A DNA stretch of 64,000 bases from positions 1-64,000 of the forward strand of contig CAVYGB010000009.1 of assembly GCA_963767925.1 (NCBI GenBank). Direction: 5' to 3'. This document shows, one piece after another, positions 10,401 to 20,694 of this stretch (the stretch's first letter is position 1; each line of letters opens with the position of its first letter). The notes below the pieces were generated by a model, which saw only the letters and a list, made by a program, of their open reading frames with translations, searched no databases and had not been told where the DNA came from. Both the position numbers and the translations under genes were made by a program. The stretch comes from an uncultured delta proteobacterium (GTDB lineage Bacteria; Myxococcota_A; Polyangia; Fen-1088).

Positions 10401-10519
10401 AGCCGCGGGTACTGGCGGACGTTGAGCGTGCGGATGGCCTGCAGCCCGGCGATGATGATGACCAGGTTGACGACGATCGCCAGGACCGGCCGCCGGATGA
10501 AGATGTCGGTGAGGCTCAT
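7408..10519 (-). CDS. RND efflux permease (AcrB/MexW-like), multiple frameshifts
   Basis: MSLTDIFIRRPVLAIVV, GLVVDDAIVVVENV, LAAQFNSFRDP, GLIAKNGILIVEFAN spread over several frames. Confidence 0.9.
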
Positions 10520-10521
10520 GG

Positions 10522-11769
10522 TCAGCGGTTCTCCGGTCGGGGGGTCAGCGAGGGCGTCAGCTTGACCTGGTTGTTGACCATGATCCCGGCGCCGTTGCGC
10601 AGCTTGAACGCGCCCTGGGTGACCACCTCCTGTCCCGGCTTGACCCCATCCGCGACGGCGACGAAGTCGCCGCGCGCCTGCCCCAGCCGCACGAACTGCT
10701 GCCGGGCCACCTTGGCCGGCTTGCCGTCGGGCCCGTTCACGGGGCGCCCCTTGTCGTCCTTGCGGGTCTCGACGACGTAGACCGAGTCGCCGTAAGGAGC
10801 GCGGAGGATGGCGGTCGCCGGGACCGAGACCACCGTTCGCCCGCTCCGGGCAGCACGACCGAGACGTTGACGAACATGCCGGGCCGGAGCTCGTCCTTGT
10901 CGTCCTTGACGCTGGCGCGCAGCTTGACGGCGCGGGTGGCGGAGTCGACGCTGGGATCGACGCGCCGCGATCTTCCCGTCCAGCGTCCGCGGTGGCTGCG
11001 CGCCAGGCAGCACGATCCGCACCGCCGAGCCGACCGGGACGCGCGCGAGCTCCTGCTGGGGGATGGTGAAGTCGACGAACACGGCCTCCAGCGACTCGAG
11101 CATGGTGATGGGCGTGCCCGGGTTGAGGTACTGCCCCAGGTTGATCGACCGGATGCCGAGCTTGCCCGCGAAGGGCGCCCGGACGATCTTGCGCTCGATC
11201 TGCGCCTCCAGCGCATCCGACGTCGGCGCTGACGGTCTTCAGCTGGGCATCGTCGCGTCTCGAGCTGGGCCTCGGTGTTGGCCCCCGACGCGACGAGTCT
11301 CCGGGTGCGCTGGGCGGTGCTGTCCGCCAGCTCCAGCCGCGCCTTCAGCGAAGCCAGCTGCGCCCGCTCGACACTGGCGTCCAGCTCGATCAGCACCTGC
11401 CCCGCCCGCACCTTCGCCCCCGACTCGAAGCGAATGGAGCGGACGACGCCCGGGCTCTCGTTGCTGATGGTCACCCCGCGCGCGGCGGCGACGCTGCCCA
11501 CCGTCTCGAACACCGAGTCCCAGGTCCCCTGCGTGGCCACGTCGGTCCCCACCGCCTCCGGCGGCGGCCCCGCCGCCTCCGCCGCCTTTCCGGCGTCGAT
11601 GAGGCTCGAGATCTGCGCGAACTTGGTCGCCAGCGAGAACACCCACGACGAGCAAGCAGATGCAAGCCGCGATCAGGAACCGCTTGCCGTTCGAAAGGCG
11701 TCGGGTCTCGGGTTCCGGGGGGTCAATCTCCGATAGGTCTTCACGGGGGGGGACGGGCGTTCCTCGCAT
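10522..11769 (-). CDS. RND periplasmic adaptor (MFP), frameshifted
   Basis: GVVRSIRFESGAKVRAGQVLIELD, ELRPGMFVNV, GVKPGQEVVTQGAFKLRNG across frames. Confidence 0.88.
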
Positions 11770-11899
11770 GGGAGAGGGTCTCTGTCACAGATTCCTCGGT
11801 GCTCCAAGAAGCCAGACCACCCTTTGCCAGCGCGATTAGCCTCCAAACGTCGTGTTTCAGACCCGCCTCGACTGCCCGAATTTCGGCGCTCCCGTCGTA

Positions 11900-12340
11900 T
11901 CCGTACGGGCTCGGCTGGTACGAGATCGTCAAGGCCGGCACCCTCGACCGGAGCTCTATCGCCCAGCACTGGCAGGACACCACCCTCCCCGCGCGCGCCG
12001 CAACGGGGCGCCAAGGTCATCCTCTCGCCCTCCACCCGCACCTACCTCAACATGAAGTACGACGCCGCCACCCGGGTAGGCTCCGACCGGGCCGGCTACA
12101 ACGACGAGCAGGACTCGTACGAGTGGGAACCCGTCATCGGGGTCCCCGGCCTGGTCGAGGCCGACGTGCTGGGAGCGCCGCCATGGACCCTGGTGTTCCG
12201 TTCGGTCGCCGACAAGGACTACTTCTCCTTTCCCCGGCTCCCCGGCCACGCCGAGATCGCCTGGTCCCCCGCCGCCGGAAATCGTGGATCACTCGTCGCC
12301 GGCGGACGGATGACTTCGGAGGCCTCTCGTTACTCGCCGT
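11900..12340 (+). pseudogene. GH20 beta-N-acetylhexosaminidase C-terminal fragment (boundaries approximate)
   Basis: GAKVILSPSTRTYLNMKYD..., SYEWEP, FPRLPGHAEIAWSP. Confidence 0.7.
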
Positions 12341-12384
12341 TGAACGCCAGGACGTTGGGCTGGTCCTCCAGACCGCGGGGGCTA

Positions 12385-13521
12385 CTACGGGCGCGAGCTT
12401 CGCTCCGGTCCGCCCGCGCCTGTCACTTCTTCGACGGCGTGACGGGCGGCGATCTTCTGGGCGATGTGCTCTCGGCCGAAGTCTTGCTCGGCGGCGTAGC
12501 GGTTGTGGGCGTGGCAGCGCAGGCTCAGGTTCGCGGTGGTCGGAGCTCCGCCCCTGGCGAAGGGATCGACGTGGTGGAGCTCGAGCTGGTGCCGGGAGGT
12601 ACATCGCTGGCCGGTACTGCCCACGAAGGCGCATTGGCCGCCATCGCGCGTCCACACCTCGTGCCGGACGGCGGCCGGCACATAGCGACTGCCCTGCGGA
12701 GGCGACTTCGCCGAGGTCTTCTTGCCCGCTCCGCGGCGGCGACCCTGTATGTGCCCCAGCGTGATGCGCAGGCACTCGTGCAGCACCTGCTCCAGTCCGG
12801 CCCCCGGCAGCTTGTGCGACAGCGCCTGGCGAACCGCCTCCAGATCGGCGACGAAGGTGGCCCGGACGGTGATCCTGAGGACGTGGCGATCCAAAGCGAT
12901 CGGCTGCACACTTGCCGCCGTGCCAGCCGAGGGACGCGCGGATGCGGGGCCCGGCTGGGCGAGCCCCGCTGGTGCCGTCGGCGCGGCGGGCGGAAGTGGC
13001 GAGGCTGGCATCGGCAGCTCTGCTGTCTGGTGGGCGGTGCCGCCCGGGACCGGTTCCGGCCCGGAGCCACAGCCGTCATTCCGCGGAGTTGGCAGCTTCC
13101 GTAGCAGGTCTGGAGGTGCCGGCTGCGGCCGAAGGGCAGCCACCATCTCCTTGACCTGATCCTCGGTTCGCCCCGCGGCGCGGTCCAGGATCTGGGTCGC
13201 GTGCGCTTCGTCGAGCACGTCGCGCAGCTCGACGAGGGTGGTCAGGTTCAGTCTGCCGTCGGCGAGGTATTCGGCGACCACGGGAAAGCGCGCCAGTAGC
13301 CGCGCGGCCGTGGTGCGACGAAAGGCCGACGCCTTGGTAAGCCGGAGACGATCGGTGCAGAACGAAAACAGCGACGAGTACCCGAGCGCCAGGACCGTCC
13401 TCCGACGATCGAGCTCGGCCAGGAGGCTCAGCAGCTCGACGAGCAGGCTGCGTTCGTGCTTGCGGATCTCGAGGAGCCGCGTGGTGAGCGCTTGATCTGG
13501 AAGATCTGCCAGGATCGACAT
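12385..13521 (-). CDS. HNH endonuclease with helical N-terminal (DUF222-like) region
   Basis: LGYSSLFSFC..RL...AFRR N-terminal block; C-terminal VWTRDGGQC...C...LELHHVDPFARGG...NLSLRCHAHN. Confidence 0.85.
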   Translation of the reverse strand: MSILADLPDQALTTRLLEIRKHERSLLVELLSLLAELDRRRTVLALGYSSLFSFCTDRLRLTKASAFRRTTAARLLARFPVVAEYLADGRLNLTTLVELRDVLDEAHATQILDRAAGRTEDQVKEMVAALRPQPAPPDLLRKLPTPRNDGCGSGPEPVPGGTAHQTAELPMPASPLPPAAPTAPAGLAQPGPASARPSAGTAASVQPIALDRHVLRITVRATFVADLEAVRQALSHKLPGAGLEQVLHECLRITLGHIQGRRRGAGKKTSAKSPPQGSRYVPAAVRHEVWTRDGGQCAFVGSTGQRCTSRHQLELHHVDPFARGGAPTTANLSLRCHAHNRYAAEQDFGREHIAQKIAARHAVEEVTGAGGPERSSRP

Positions 13522-13740
13522 GATCCTGTTGTACTGCCGGGTTTTCCCGGCTCGCCTCGCGCACCAGGCTGCCCTGGCAGCGATCCTCTCGAGGAGGGGC
13601 TCGGCACCGACCGAGGGCTGCCGCGAAGACGTGGATGGTCCGCTATCGCGCGCTTGAGCGCGCAAATGGGCACGACGGCGGAAAAAATCCGCAAATCGAC
13701 AGATCCGTGTCAAGCACAATCGCCTCGAACCGCCCGCCTG

Positions 13741-13930
13741 CGGTTCCACGATCTGCGGCACACGACTGCCAGCTTGCTGCTCATGGCGGGCGCGAACCCG
13801 GCCGCCGTCCAGCGGATCCTGCGGCACAGCGACCCGCGCATCACGACCGAGGTCTGCGGGCACCTTCTGCCGGGGTACCTGCGGGCGGAGATCGACCGGC
13901 TCGGCTTCGGCGTCAGCCCGGGCGCAGGAG
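13741..13930 (+). pseudogene. Tyrosine integrase C-terminal remnant (near-identical to 36077-36260)
   Basis: RFHDLRHTTASLLLMAGANPAAVQRILRHSDPRITTEVCGHL. Confidence 0.85.
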
Positions 13931-14045
13931 CGTCTCCTGGCGAAAACCCGGCTCCGGTTCTTCACCCTTCTACAGGGCGCCTCCGGAGCGCTTCCCGAGC
14001 CTCACTCCGGCCCCGCGGGGCCGGGCGATCGGGGCGGTTCGACTG

Positions 14046-14088
14046 TGGGCGCGGCGGGACTCGAACCCATTACCCCCGGCTTCGGAGG
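14046..14088 (-). other. att site: duplicated 3' 43 bp of tRNA-Arg(CCG)
   Basis: TGGGCGCGGCGGGACTCGAACCCATTACCCCCGGCTTCGGAGG matches 36387-36429 with one mismatch. Confidence 0.9.
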
Positions 14089-14264
14089 AGGGTGGACGGG
14101 GTGAGGAGGGTGTGGCAGGCGGTGGTAAGTCTGCGGAACCGTTGGTGGTGGAAGGGGTGAGGGAGTCCAGCGCTGCTGTAGAAAACGCAGGATCTCGTAG
14201 AGGTTTTTCTTCACCCTTTCTACAGGCCGCGGGTCCCGGGGCGGCGGCCCTCCGGATCGGGGGG

Positions 14265-14468
14265 GTGCTCGAGTTCCTCACGGTCCGGGAGGTCGCCAGG
14301 GCCCTGCGCGTCTGCACGGCCACGGTGTACCGCATGTGCGAGCGCGGCGAGCTTGGTCACGTGCGGGCGGCGAACGCCATCCGGGTAAGCGCAGCGTCTC
14401 TGGCCGCGTTCATCCGAACCTGCTCGAACGACCCCTCAACGCGGAGCGCTGCCGGCCCGATTGCTTGA
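14265..14468 (+). CDS. Excisionase-type HTH DNA-binding protein
   Basis: FLTVREVARALRVCTATVYRMCERGELGHVRAANAIRV; adjacent to att; start codon inferred. Confidence 0.8.
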   Translation: MLEFLTVREVARALRVCTATVYRMCERGELGHVRAANAIRVSAASLAAFIRTCSNDPSTRSAAGPIA

Positions 14469-14498
14469 CATGAAGCTGCCCGGCGCCAAGATCTGATG

Positions 14499-14698
14499 AT
14501 GGCCAGTAGCCCGCGCGTCCTGCACTTGATCAAGGAGGTCTCCGAGCTCACGGAGGCCGAGCGGGCCGAGCTGGCCGACGAGCTTGAACGCCTCAGGCTG
14601 GCGGCAGCTCGGCTTTTGCTGGACAATACGTTGCCGAGCACGGGCCAATCAGTGACGACGAGCGCGCCCAGGTCCGCCGCGAATGGCCGAGGGACTGA
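14499..14698 (+). pseudogene. Probable antitoxin (frameshifted, possibly chimeric)
   Basis: Ends in alternative frame AEHGPISDDERAQVRREWPRD*, overlapping the PIN gene start. Confidence 0.5.
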
Positions 14699-15064
14699 CG
14701 CTCGATAGCGGCGCCCTCATCGCCGCCGAGAAGGGCGAGAAAAGGTTCTGGACGTACTGGGAGGAGGCGCTCGACCGGCGTGCGGTCGTGACGGTGCCGG
14801 TGGTCGTGGTTGCGCAAGTCTGGCGGGGTAACAGCCCCATCATTGCCCGGATCCTAGCGGCCTGCAGGGTCGAGACACACGATCTGGCATCGGCGAGGCG
14901 GGCGGGAGAGTTACTCGCTGCGAGCCGCTCCTCAGACGTGGTCGACGCCCTCGTGGTCCTCGGTGCCGCTATGAGGCGTGATGCCATCCTCACCTCCGAT
15001 CCAAGACGACATCTCCCGCCTCGTGGCGGCGCATGGGAACCGCAGCCGGGTACTTCGTATCTAA
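14683..15064 (+). CDS. PIN-domain toxin (1-nt frameshift near 15003)
   Basis: LTLDSGALIA, PVVVVAQVWRG, DVVDALVV, ILTSDP then DDISRL in the shifted frame. Confidence 0.8.
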
Positions 15065-15574
15065 CAGCATTGGACGCCGTGCCGCCCGCCGCTTTGAGTC
15101 TCTTACCGAGGGTCGGGCACTCGCCAGCCGCGCGCATCCGCTGGGGCGGCTTCTAGCCGCTGTGCGCGGTCGTGTTCTTCCAGCTGAGCCGGGCGACAGG
15201 ATTCGAACCTGCCCGGCGTGCTCGGAACAAACAGAGGTGCGGGCGCGGACTTCGCCATGTTTTCCGAGTGACCCCGGGTGTTGGCGGGATTTTGGTCGCC
15301 CCGGCTCGTGCCGTTTGGTGCCGGGTCGAACCGATGGATTCCGGGTCGGCGCAAACCAGGTGCAAACAGAAGCACCGTCTCCGGCAGCGACAGGGTACGT
15401 GCGCGACCAAAGGGCGGCGCCACCGTCCAAAGGGGGCACCTTCGACACCACCCAGGACGCGACCAATTCCTGCGGATTCCAGCATCGTTGTTCCCTCATG
15501 GCCGCTCCGATTCCCTCATGAATCGGGACGGATCCAGCTTTGAGTGGCCAGCGAACCCGCTCAAGTAGTGATCT

Positions 15575-16627
15575 TTAGGGCTCGCGTCGGCGGCCCCCAG
15601 GCCCTCCCACCATTTCAGCAGCACCATCGCCCGGGAGATAAGCGGCGGGCTCGGGTTCTGCCTCGGCCGCCGCCGCTGGGGCCGCTTCAGCCTCGGCCGC
15701 CAGCTCCGCCTCGGTCGGAGGCTCCATCTCTTCGGCCGGAAGCGGCTTCAGCAGCTCATCCATCGACAGTTGCTCGAAGGTCTCGGGCGGCGCGACGACT
15801 TTGGTGTAGGCGCGCGCCATGAGCCCCGGTGCGGCCGGGTGGTCGGTCGCGTGAATCATGTAGTACATCACCGCCCCCTGGCAGTTCTCGCGACCCATGA
15901 TGGGCCAGGCCTTCGCGGAGACGTACCCCAGTTCGTTCTTGAACCTATCGGCCAGCAAGTTGGCGCGATCCACACCGTTCATACCCTGCAGCGACTCCCA
16001 ATCCTCCCGACCCCACCAGTCCGCCCCCTTTTGCTTGTTCACGGTCAGCGCGGCCAGCGAGCGGTCGAGCCAGCCGGTGCCCAGGAAGTAGAACAACTCG
16101 ATCTTGTGCTCGCCCACCGGCTTGTACTGCGCCAGCTCCTTTATCGTTTCCCACTTGCACTCGAACGTGCGTTGGTCGAGCAGGCAGAACGTGGCCTTGT
16201 CCTTGATGCTCCGGGTCGCCAGAAGCTTCTTGATCTCCTCGTTGAAGTCCCCGCGCGTGACGAACACGTCGCGCTTCAACGGCTTCTCCATCGGTGGCTG
16301 AGCGTCCCGCAGCCTCTCCAGGTGCATCACCTGCGCCGGATCCACGTCGAACAGGTAGAAGTAGCGGAACCACCGTGGCTTCATCTCCAGCACGAGCTTG
16401 GCGCTCCACATGTCGTGCTTGTCGTCCCGCTGGGGGCCGGCGAAGCCGTCGATGTACGTCCCGTGGTGAGTGACCATCTCGAAGAAGAACAGGTACCGCT
16501 CGATGAGCTTCGCCTTGTGCTCCGTCCAGATTGGTCGCCGGGGTCGCCTCACCGCCGGGTCCACGGGCTTCGGCGGGCCCATGTCGAAGAGGTCCATGGT
16601 GCGCTCGTCCTGCTTGTCCTTCGCCAC
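15575..16627 (-). CDS. tcmP: Three-Cys-motif partner protein TcmP family
   Basis: WTEHKAKLIERYL, YIDGFAGP, GDFNEEI, FCLLDQ, YYMIHATDHP; downstream of DUF5131; start inferred. Confidence 0.85.
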   Translation of the reverse strand: MAKDKQDERTMDLFDMGPPKPVDPAVRRPRRPIWTEHKAKLIERYLFFFEMVTHHGTYIDGFAGPQRDDKHDMWSAKLVLEMKPRWFRYFYLFDVDPAQVMHLERLRDAQPPMEKPLKRDVFVTRGDFNEEIKKLLATRSIKDKATFCLLDQRTFECKWETIKELAQYKPVGEHKIELFYFLGTGWLDRSLAALTVNKQKGADWWGREDWESLQGMNGVDRANLLADRFKNELGYVSAKAWPIMGRENCQGAVMYYMIHATDHPAAPGLMARAYTKVVAPPETFEQLSMDELLKPLPAEEMEPPTEAELAAEAEAAPAAAAEAEPEPAAYLPGDGAAEMVGGPGGRRREP

Positions 16628-16641
16628 GAGCGACGCCCTCC

Positions 16642-17475
16642 CTATCCCGCCGAGCCTTTGCGTTGCAGAGGTTGCACCACCTGGGCGTCGCGGCCTGCCC
16701 ATGCGCCGGCCATCTCCCGCCGCTCGCTTCGCGCCGGAATCGGACGCTTCAGCCTGGGCGGCATGCCGTCGTAGGTGCGGCCGTCCAGCTCGCGCCCGGC
16801 GCGCTTCTTGTGAACGCCGCCCCACTGCTTGAAAAAGAATGGCACCCGGGCAGACTTGCATTGGTCGCGGATGGAGCGCACCCACGCGGGATCCATCTTC
16901 CGAGAGCGCACCCCGCTTTCGCCACCGACGATCACCCAATGGATGCCGTCGAGGGGCAGCTCGCCGAGGTCTTCCAGCAGTGGTTCGACAGACAGGAACC
17001 GGACGCCCGCCGGCGTGTCCTGCAGTTCGCGGATCCTGGGGAGGCCGTGCTTCTTGTCCTCGACGCTCACGCCCCACCAGATATGGGGTGCCTCAGCGCC
17101 GCCGCGCAGCGCGCCCGTGAGCAGCTCGCGCATTCGGTCGGCTCGCTTGGTGAGCACCTGGTAGGTGTGCCAGTTCGCATCCAGCATGATGCCGATCACG
17201 TCGTCCACGTACCACTCGGGAACGGCCTCTTGGAAGAGGTCGGACATTGAGTTCACGAACACGAGGCGTGGCCCGTTCCAGTCGAACACCTCGGTGAGCT
17301 TCCCGGGGATGAGGCGCGGGTCGAAGCCCTGCTCGTAGGGGTGCCCAGGCACGCCGCGGAAGCGCTCGGCGAACGTCTCGGCGTAGCAGTGCTTGCACCC
17401 GGGGCTCACCTTCACGCAGCCGCGCACTGGGTTCCAGGTCGCGTCCGTCCATTCGATTGTGGATCCATCACTCAT
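16642..17475 (-). CDS. DUF5131 (phage Gp37/Gp68 family) radical-SAM-like protein
   Basis: IEWTDATWNPVRGCVKVSPGCKHCYAE, FVNSMSDLF, RFLSVEPLL, WVIVGGESG, FFFKQWGG. Confidence 0.95.
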   Translation of the reverse strand: MSDGSTIEWTDATWNPVRGCVKVSPGCKHCYAETFAERFRGVPGHPYEQGFDPRLIPGKLTEVFDWNGPRLVFVNSMSDLFQEAVPEWYVDDVIGIMLDANWHTYQVLTKRADRMRELLTGALRGGAEAPHIWWGVSVEDKKHGLPRIRELQDTPAGVRFLSVEPLLEDLGELPLDGIHWVIVGGESGVRSRKMDPAWVRSIRDQCKSARVPFFFKQWGGVHKKRAGRELDGRTYDGMPPRLKRPIPARSERREMAGAWAGRDAQVVQPLQRKGSAG

Positions 17476-17836
17476 TGGTACGCCTTCCCCGCCTTTCCCC
17501 GTCTGGTGGGCAGCATTCCGAAGCCTACCCTCGTGCTGACGCACCCCCAACTTTCTGGATCGCGAACGCCCCCCTGACCGTCGGTGCGCCGGTTCCGAGC
17601 GGTCGGCGGTGACTTTCGTCCGCCGCGGAGCCTACTCGCCCCCCCCCGGGCCGTGGTTGAGTTACTTCGTGTGGCCTGCGGGCGGCCCCGACCGGCAGGG
17701 TCGAGTGGACGAGCATCGAACGGTCTGCTTCACCCGGGGAGATCCCTGCGGTTTTTCGAGACCGTCGGGCGCCCGGCAGCTTGACGCAACGGGGCGTGAC
17801 GGACGGTCTGGCGCAGGTCACCTGCCCGCCGTCCTT

Positions 17837-19706
17837 CTAGAACGCCGAACGGTTTGAAAGTGCAGTAATCAAGCGGCCTTACGGAGCGGGACGCAGGCGT
17901 CGAGGCTGCGATCGATCACCTCGAGGTTCTGGACGGCGGCTGCGCGCCTGAGGTCGAAGAGGTTCTTGCGGGTTCCGCAGTATCGGGCGCGATTGCCCTG
18001 CCTACGCCCGAGGTGGGCGAGGCGATGCTCGACGGCGACTCGTTCCCGAAGGCGCTCACGTCCCTGTGACGTGGAGACCAGTTTGCGCAGCCTATGCTGT
18101 AGGCGTTCGTTGTCGGCGATGCTCACGGTTCGGCCGCTGCCGGGGCCAGCGGTGGTGCATTTGGTGCGCTAGGGGCAGCGGACGCAGGCCTCCGGGTTGA
18201 ATTCGACGTGAGCGCCCAGGTCGATGGGCTCGACCTCGCCCGCCGGACAGGTGATGGTCATCGCGCGCAGGTTGATCTTGAAGTCGGTCTTGGTGAACAG
18301 AGAGCCGCTGCGCGGCACCCAGGGTTTACAGATGACCTGGCCGCCGTAGGCCAGGATCTCAGCGACCACCGAGCTGGCGATGTAGCCACGGTCGATGTAC
18401 AGCTCCCAGATGGCGCGGCCCTGACGTTCGATGTCCGCCTTGAGCACAGGGCGGCCTCTTCCTCGGGCCGGTTGGCCGGCGTCATGGCGCAGGCGATGAT
18501 CAGGTCGGTGTCCAGGTCGGTGGCAATGTGCCGCTTGTAGCCATTGAACAGCTTCGTCCTGCTCTTGCGACCATGTCGCATGTCCGGATCCTGGATCGAC
18601 ACCCGTCGTTCTGGTGCGACACCCCTGCGAATGCGAGTCCCGCCGCCACCGCCTTCCGGGTCGGGTTCGAGGTCTTGGGTCCGAATCTGGACGAGCGTGT
18701 CGACGTGCTCCTTGAGGGGAGGCTCGGTCACGGCGTCAGGCAGCCGCTTTCGCAGCCAAGCATCGAGGGAGTCGAGTTGCTCGACGAGGGTGCTGAGGGC
18801 TCCGGCCTTCGCCTCGGGGTTGCTCCATTCGATATCGAGCCCTCGCTTGACGCTACTGCTGAGCAGGAGGGGCATGCCCGCCTCGCGCGCCACCCGTTCG
18901 GCGGACCAACCCAGAAGCTCGGCGGCACACTCGACCACCTTGCGGGCAGCGTGTGCCAGCAGGTTGATGGTGTCCTCGACGCGCCCGGCACCGACGAGCG
19001 GACTGGAGTCGACGGCGACCCGCAGGGTCTTGGGCAGCTTCTTCGAGTCGAATGCGTTCGTGCGGCGGGCTAGCTCCACCGTCCGCTCGAGCAGTCGAAG
19101 GTCCAGATTGGCCCGAATCAACCGCGCGCGGAAGTCGACCAGCGTGCCCTGGGCAAAGGCGGGCTCGTCTTCGCCGAGCCGGTCGAGCACCATCTGCCAC
19201 CGTAGATCCATCACGGTCAGATCGACGGCTTCGGCGTCGGAGATCCCCTGGTAGCTCTGCAGGATAACCACCATCGCCAGCAGAGCGGGTGGTGTCGGAT
19301 CCTTGCCCGCCCCCGTGCTTCGGTACATGGACTCGAGCTCGGCCTGGAAGGCTTCGTCGAACAGCTCGTGGCGGTGGTCGCGAAGGAAGGCGAACAGCTT
19401 CGGCGTCTTGCGCAGGCGCTTGAGCAGGCGTTCTTCTTGCTTGGTGTAGTCGAGCCGCGGCTTCCAACGATCAAGTGGCATGAGGATCCTCCCGCCGGCG
19501 AGGCGCAAACCCGCCGTCGGTGCCCATGAAGGCCACGACTGTATCGATCCCGCCAATTTCCCCCTCTTCCAGACGGGGCCGGCGCAGTCGCCGCTGGGCG
19601 CGGGCCCCGCGGGTTCGTCCTCGTCGCGCCCCCGCCGAAAAGGGGACGCCTCGCCGATCACGCAAATCCGCGATTTTCCTGGGTTTCAAACCGTTCGGCG
19701 TTCTAG
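17837..19706 (-). mobile_element. IS1182-like insertion sequence; transposase 17869-19481 disrupted (frameshift ~18447, stop at 18169)
   Basis: Perfect 23-bp terminal inverted repeat CTAGAACGCCGAACGGTTTGAAA (17837-17859 / 19684-19706); AVDSSPL, DPDMRHGRKS, GYKRH, YIDRGY, RERVAVEH motifs. Confidence 0.85.
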
Positions 19707-20122
19707 GACGCGACACATGAACTGGACCGGGAAGGCCACCCTCTTCGCCTCGATGAAGGCGAATTTCACTCGCTCTCCTTCGCGAAGAAGGTGGCCGCTG
19801 CTTTTAAAATCTCACGCTCCCTCTCCAGCCTTTTGACATCACGCCGCAGGCGGGCGAGTTCCTCCCGCTTCGCTGTTGTCAGGGATCCAGGGGGTCCCTT
19901 CCCAGCATCGATGTCTGCTCTTCGAACCCACTCCCGCAGAGCCGTCTCGGTCAGGTCCAGGTCCTTCGCCACCTGTCCGATGCTGCGGTCGCCGGCCTTG
20001 CACAGCCGGACCGCCTCGACCTTGAAGTCATCATCGAACGCTCGCCGCTTCCGCTTCGCCATGGTTCACTCCTTGCGCATCTTCGCGCGGTTCGGGGTGT
20101 TCACGAAAGCGGGGGAGGATCA
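19707..20122 (-). mobile_element. IS3-family remnant: orfA (19766-20062) plus first codons of orfB, cut by the IS1182-like element
   Basis: RRAFDDDFKVEAVRL...REILKAAATFFAKE, then VKFAFIEA...FPVQFMCRVL; end sequence TGATCCTCCCCCGCTTTCGTGAACA. Confidence 0.85.
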
Positions 20123-20134
20123 GAAATCGTCGCC

Positions 20135-20452
20135 TTACGTCGGCCTCGGGAACGACATATCCCCCGGGGCGGCAACGCGCGGTGAACCGCGTAGTCTTCG
20201 GAGGGCAGCTCTAGAAATGAAGGCGGATGCGCACGCCAATGTCCTCCGGACGTACATCAGCTTCGCGTACATCTTCGACGACAGCGTCGTCTCGATGCGA
20301 ACTCTCCTCCCGTCGTTCGGCCTCGTCGAACCGCCGGTGGAACTCTCCCCCAGCCGCCATGAGACATCTGGATAGAGCAGCGTCAGGAACTGTCGATCAA
20401 ATGCGGTTTTGCCCGCATTATTCGCCCCGGCGATAACGATCGATTCTGGCAT
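20135..20452 (-). pseudogene. Degraded zeta-toxin-like P-loop ATPase
   Basis: IVIAGANNAGKTAF and IETTLS motifs with internal deletions. Confidence 0.5.
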
Positions 20453-20694
20453 TCCGTCACCGCTGGCTCTGGTTCAACCTGAGGCCGCCTCACAACCCAA
20501 CGATCAGGCATTCAGGGACCTGGTTCCGAGCGTAAACGAGGGCCAGGTTCGCCTGCAACGGCCGGTTGCAAGCGTTCATCGTCGCGTGCCGGAATCCCAC
20601 AGATGACCGAGGCAATAGGCGACTCCGCGAACACGCGAGCCGAAGCAGCCGGCCCTGACGCAAGATCCTTCGTCGATGCCGCTGCGGCTCACGC

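Larger units (their letters stand above)
13741..14088 (+). repeat. ~350-bp imperfect direct repeat with 36077-36429 (integrase end plus tRNA 3' half)
   Basis: Sequences align by eye from CGGTTCCACGATCTG to TTCGGAGG. Confidence 0.92.

Noticed and set aside
12385..13521. IscB/Cas9-like nuclease
   Set aside because: No PLMP or split RuvC motifs visible; only a C-terminal HNH.
14046..14088. Second functional tRNA-Arg
   Set aside because: Only the 3' 43 bp are present; D-arm and 5' acceptor strand are missing, so it is an att duplicate.
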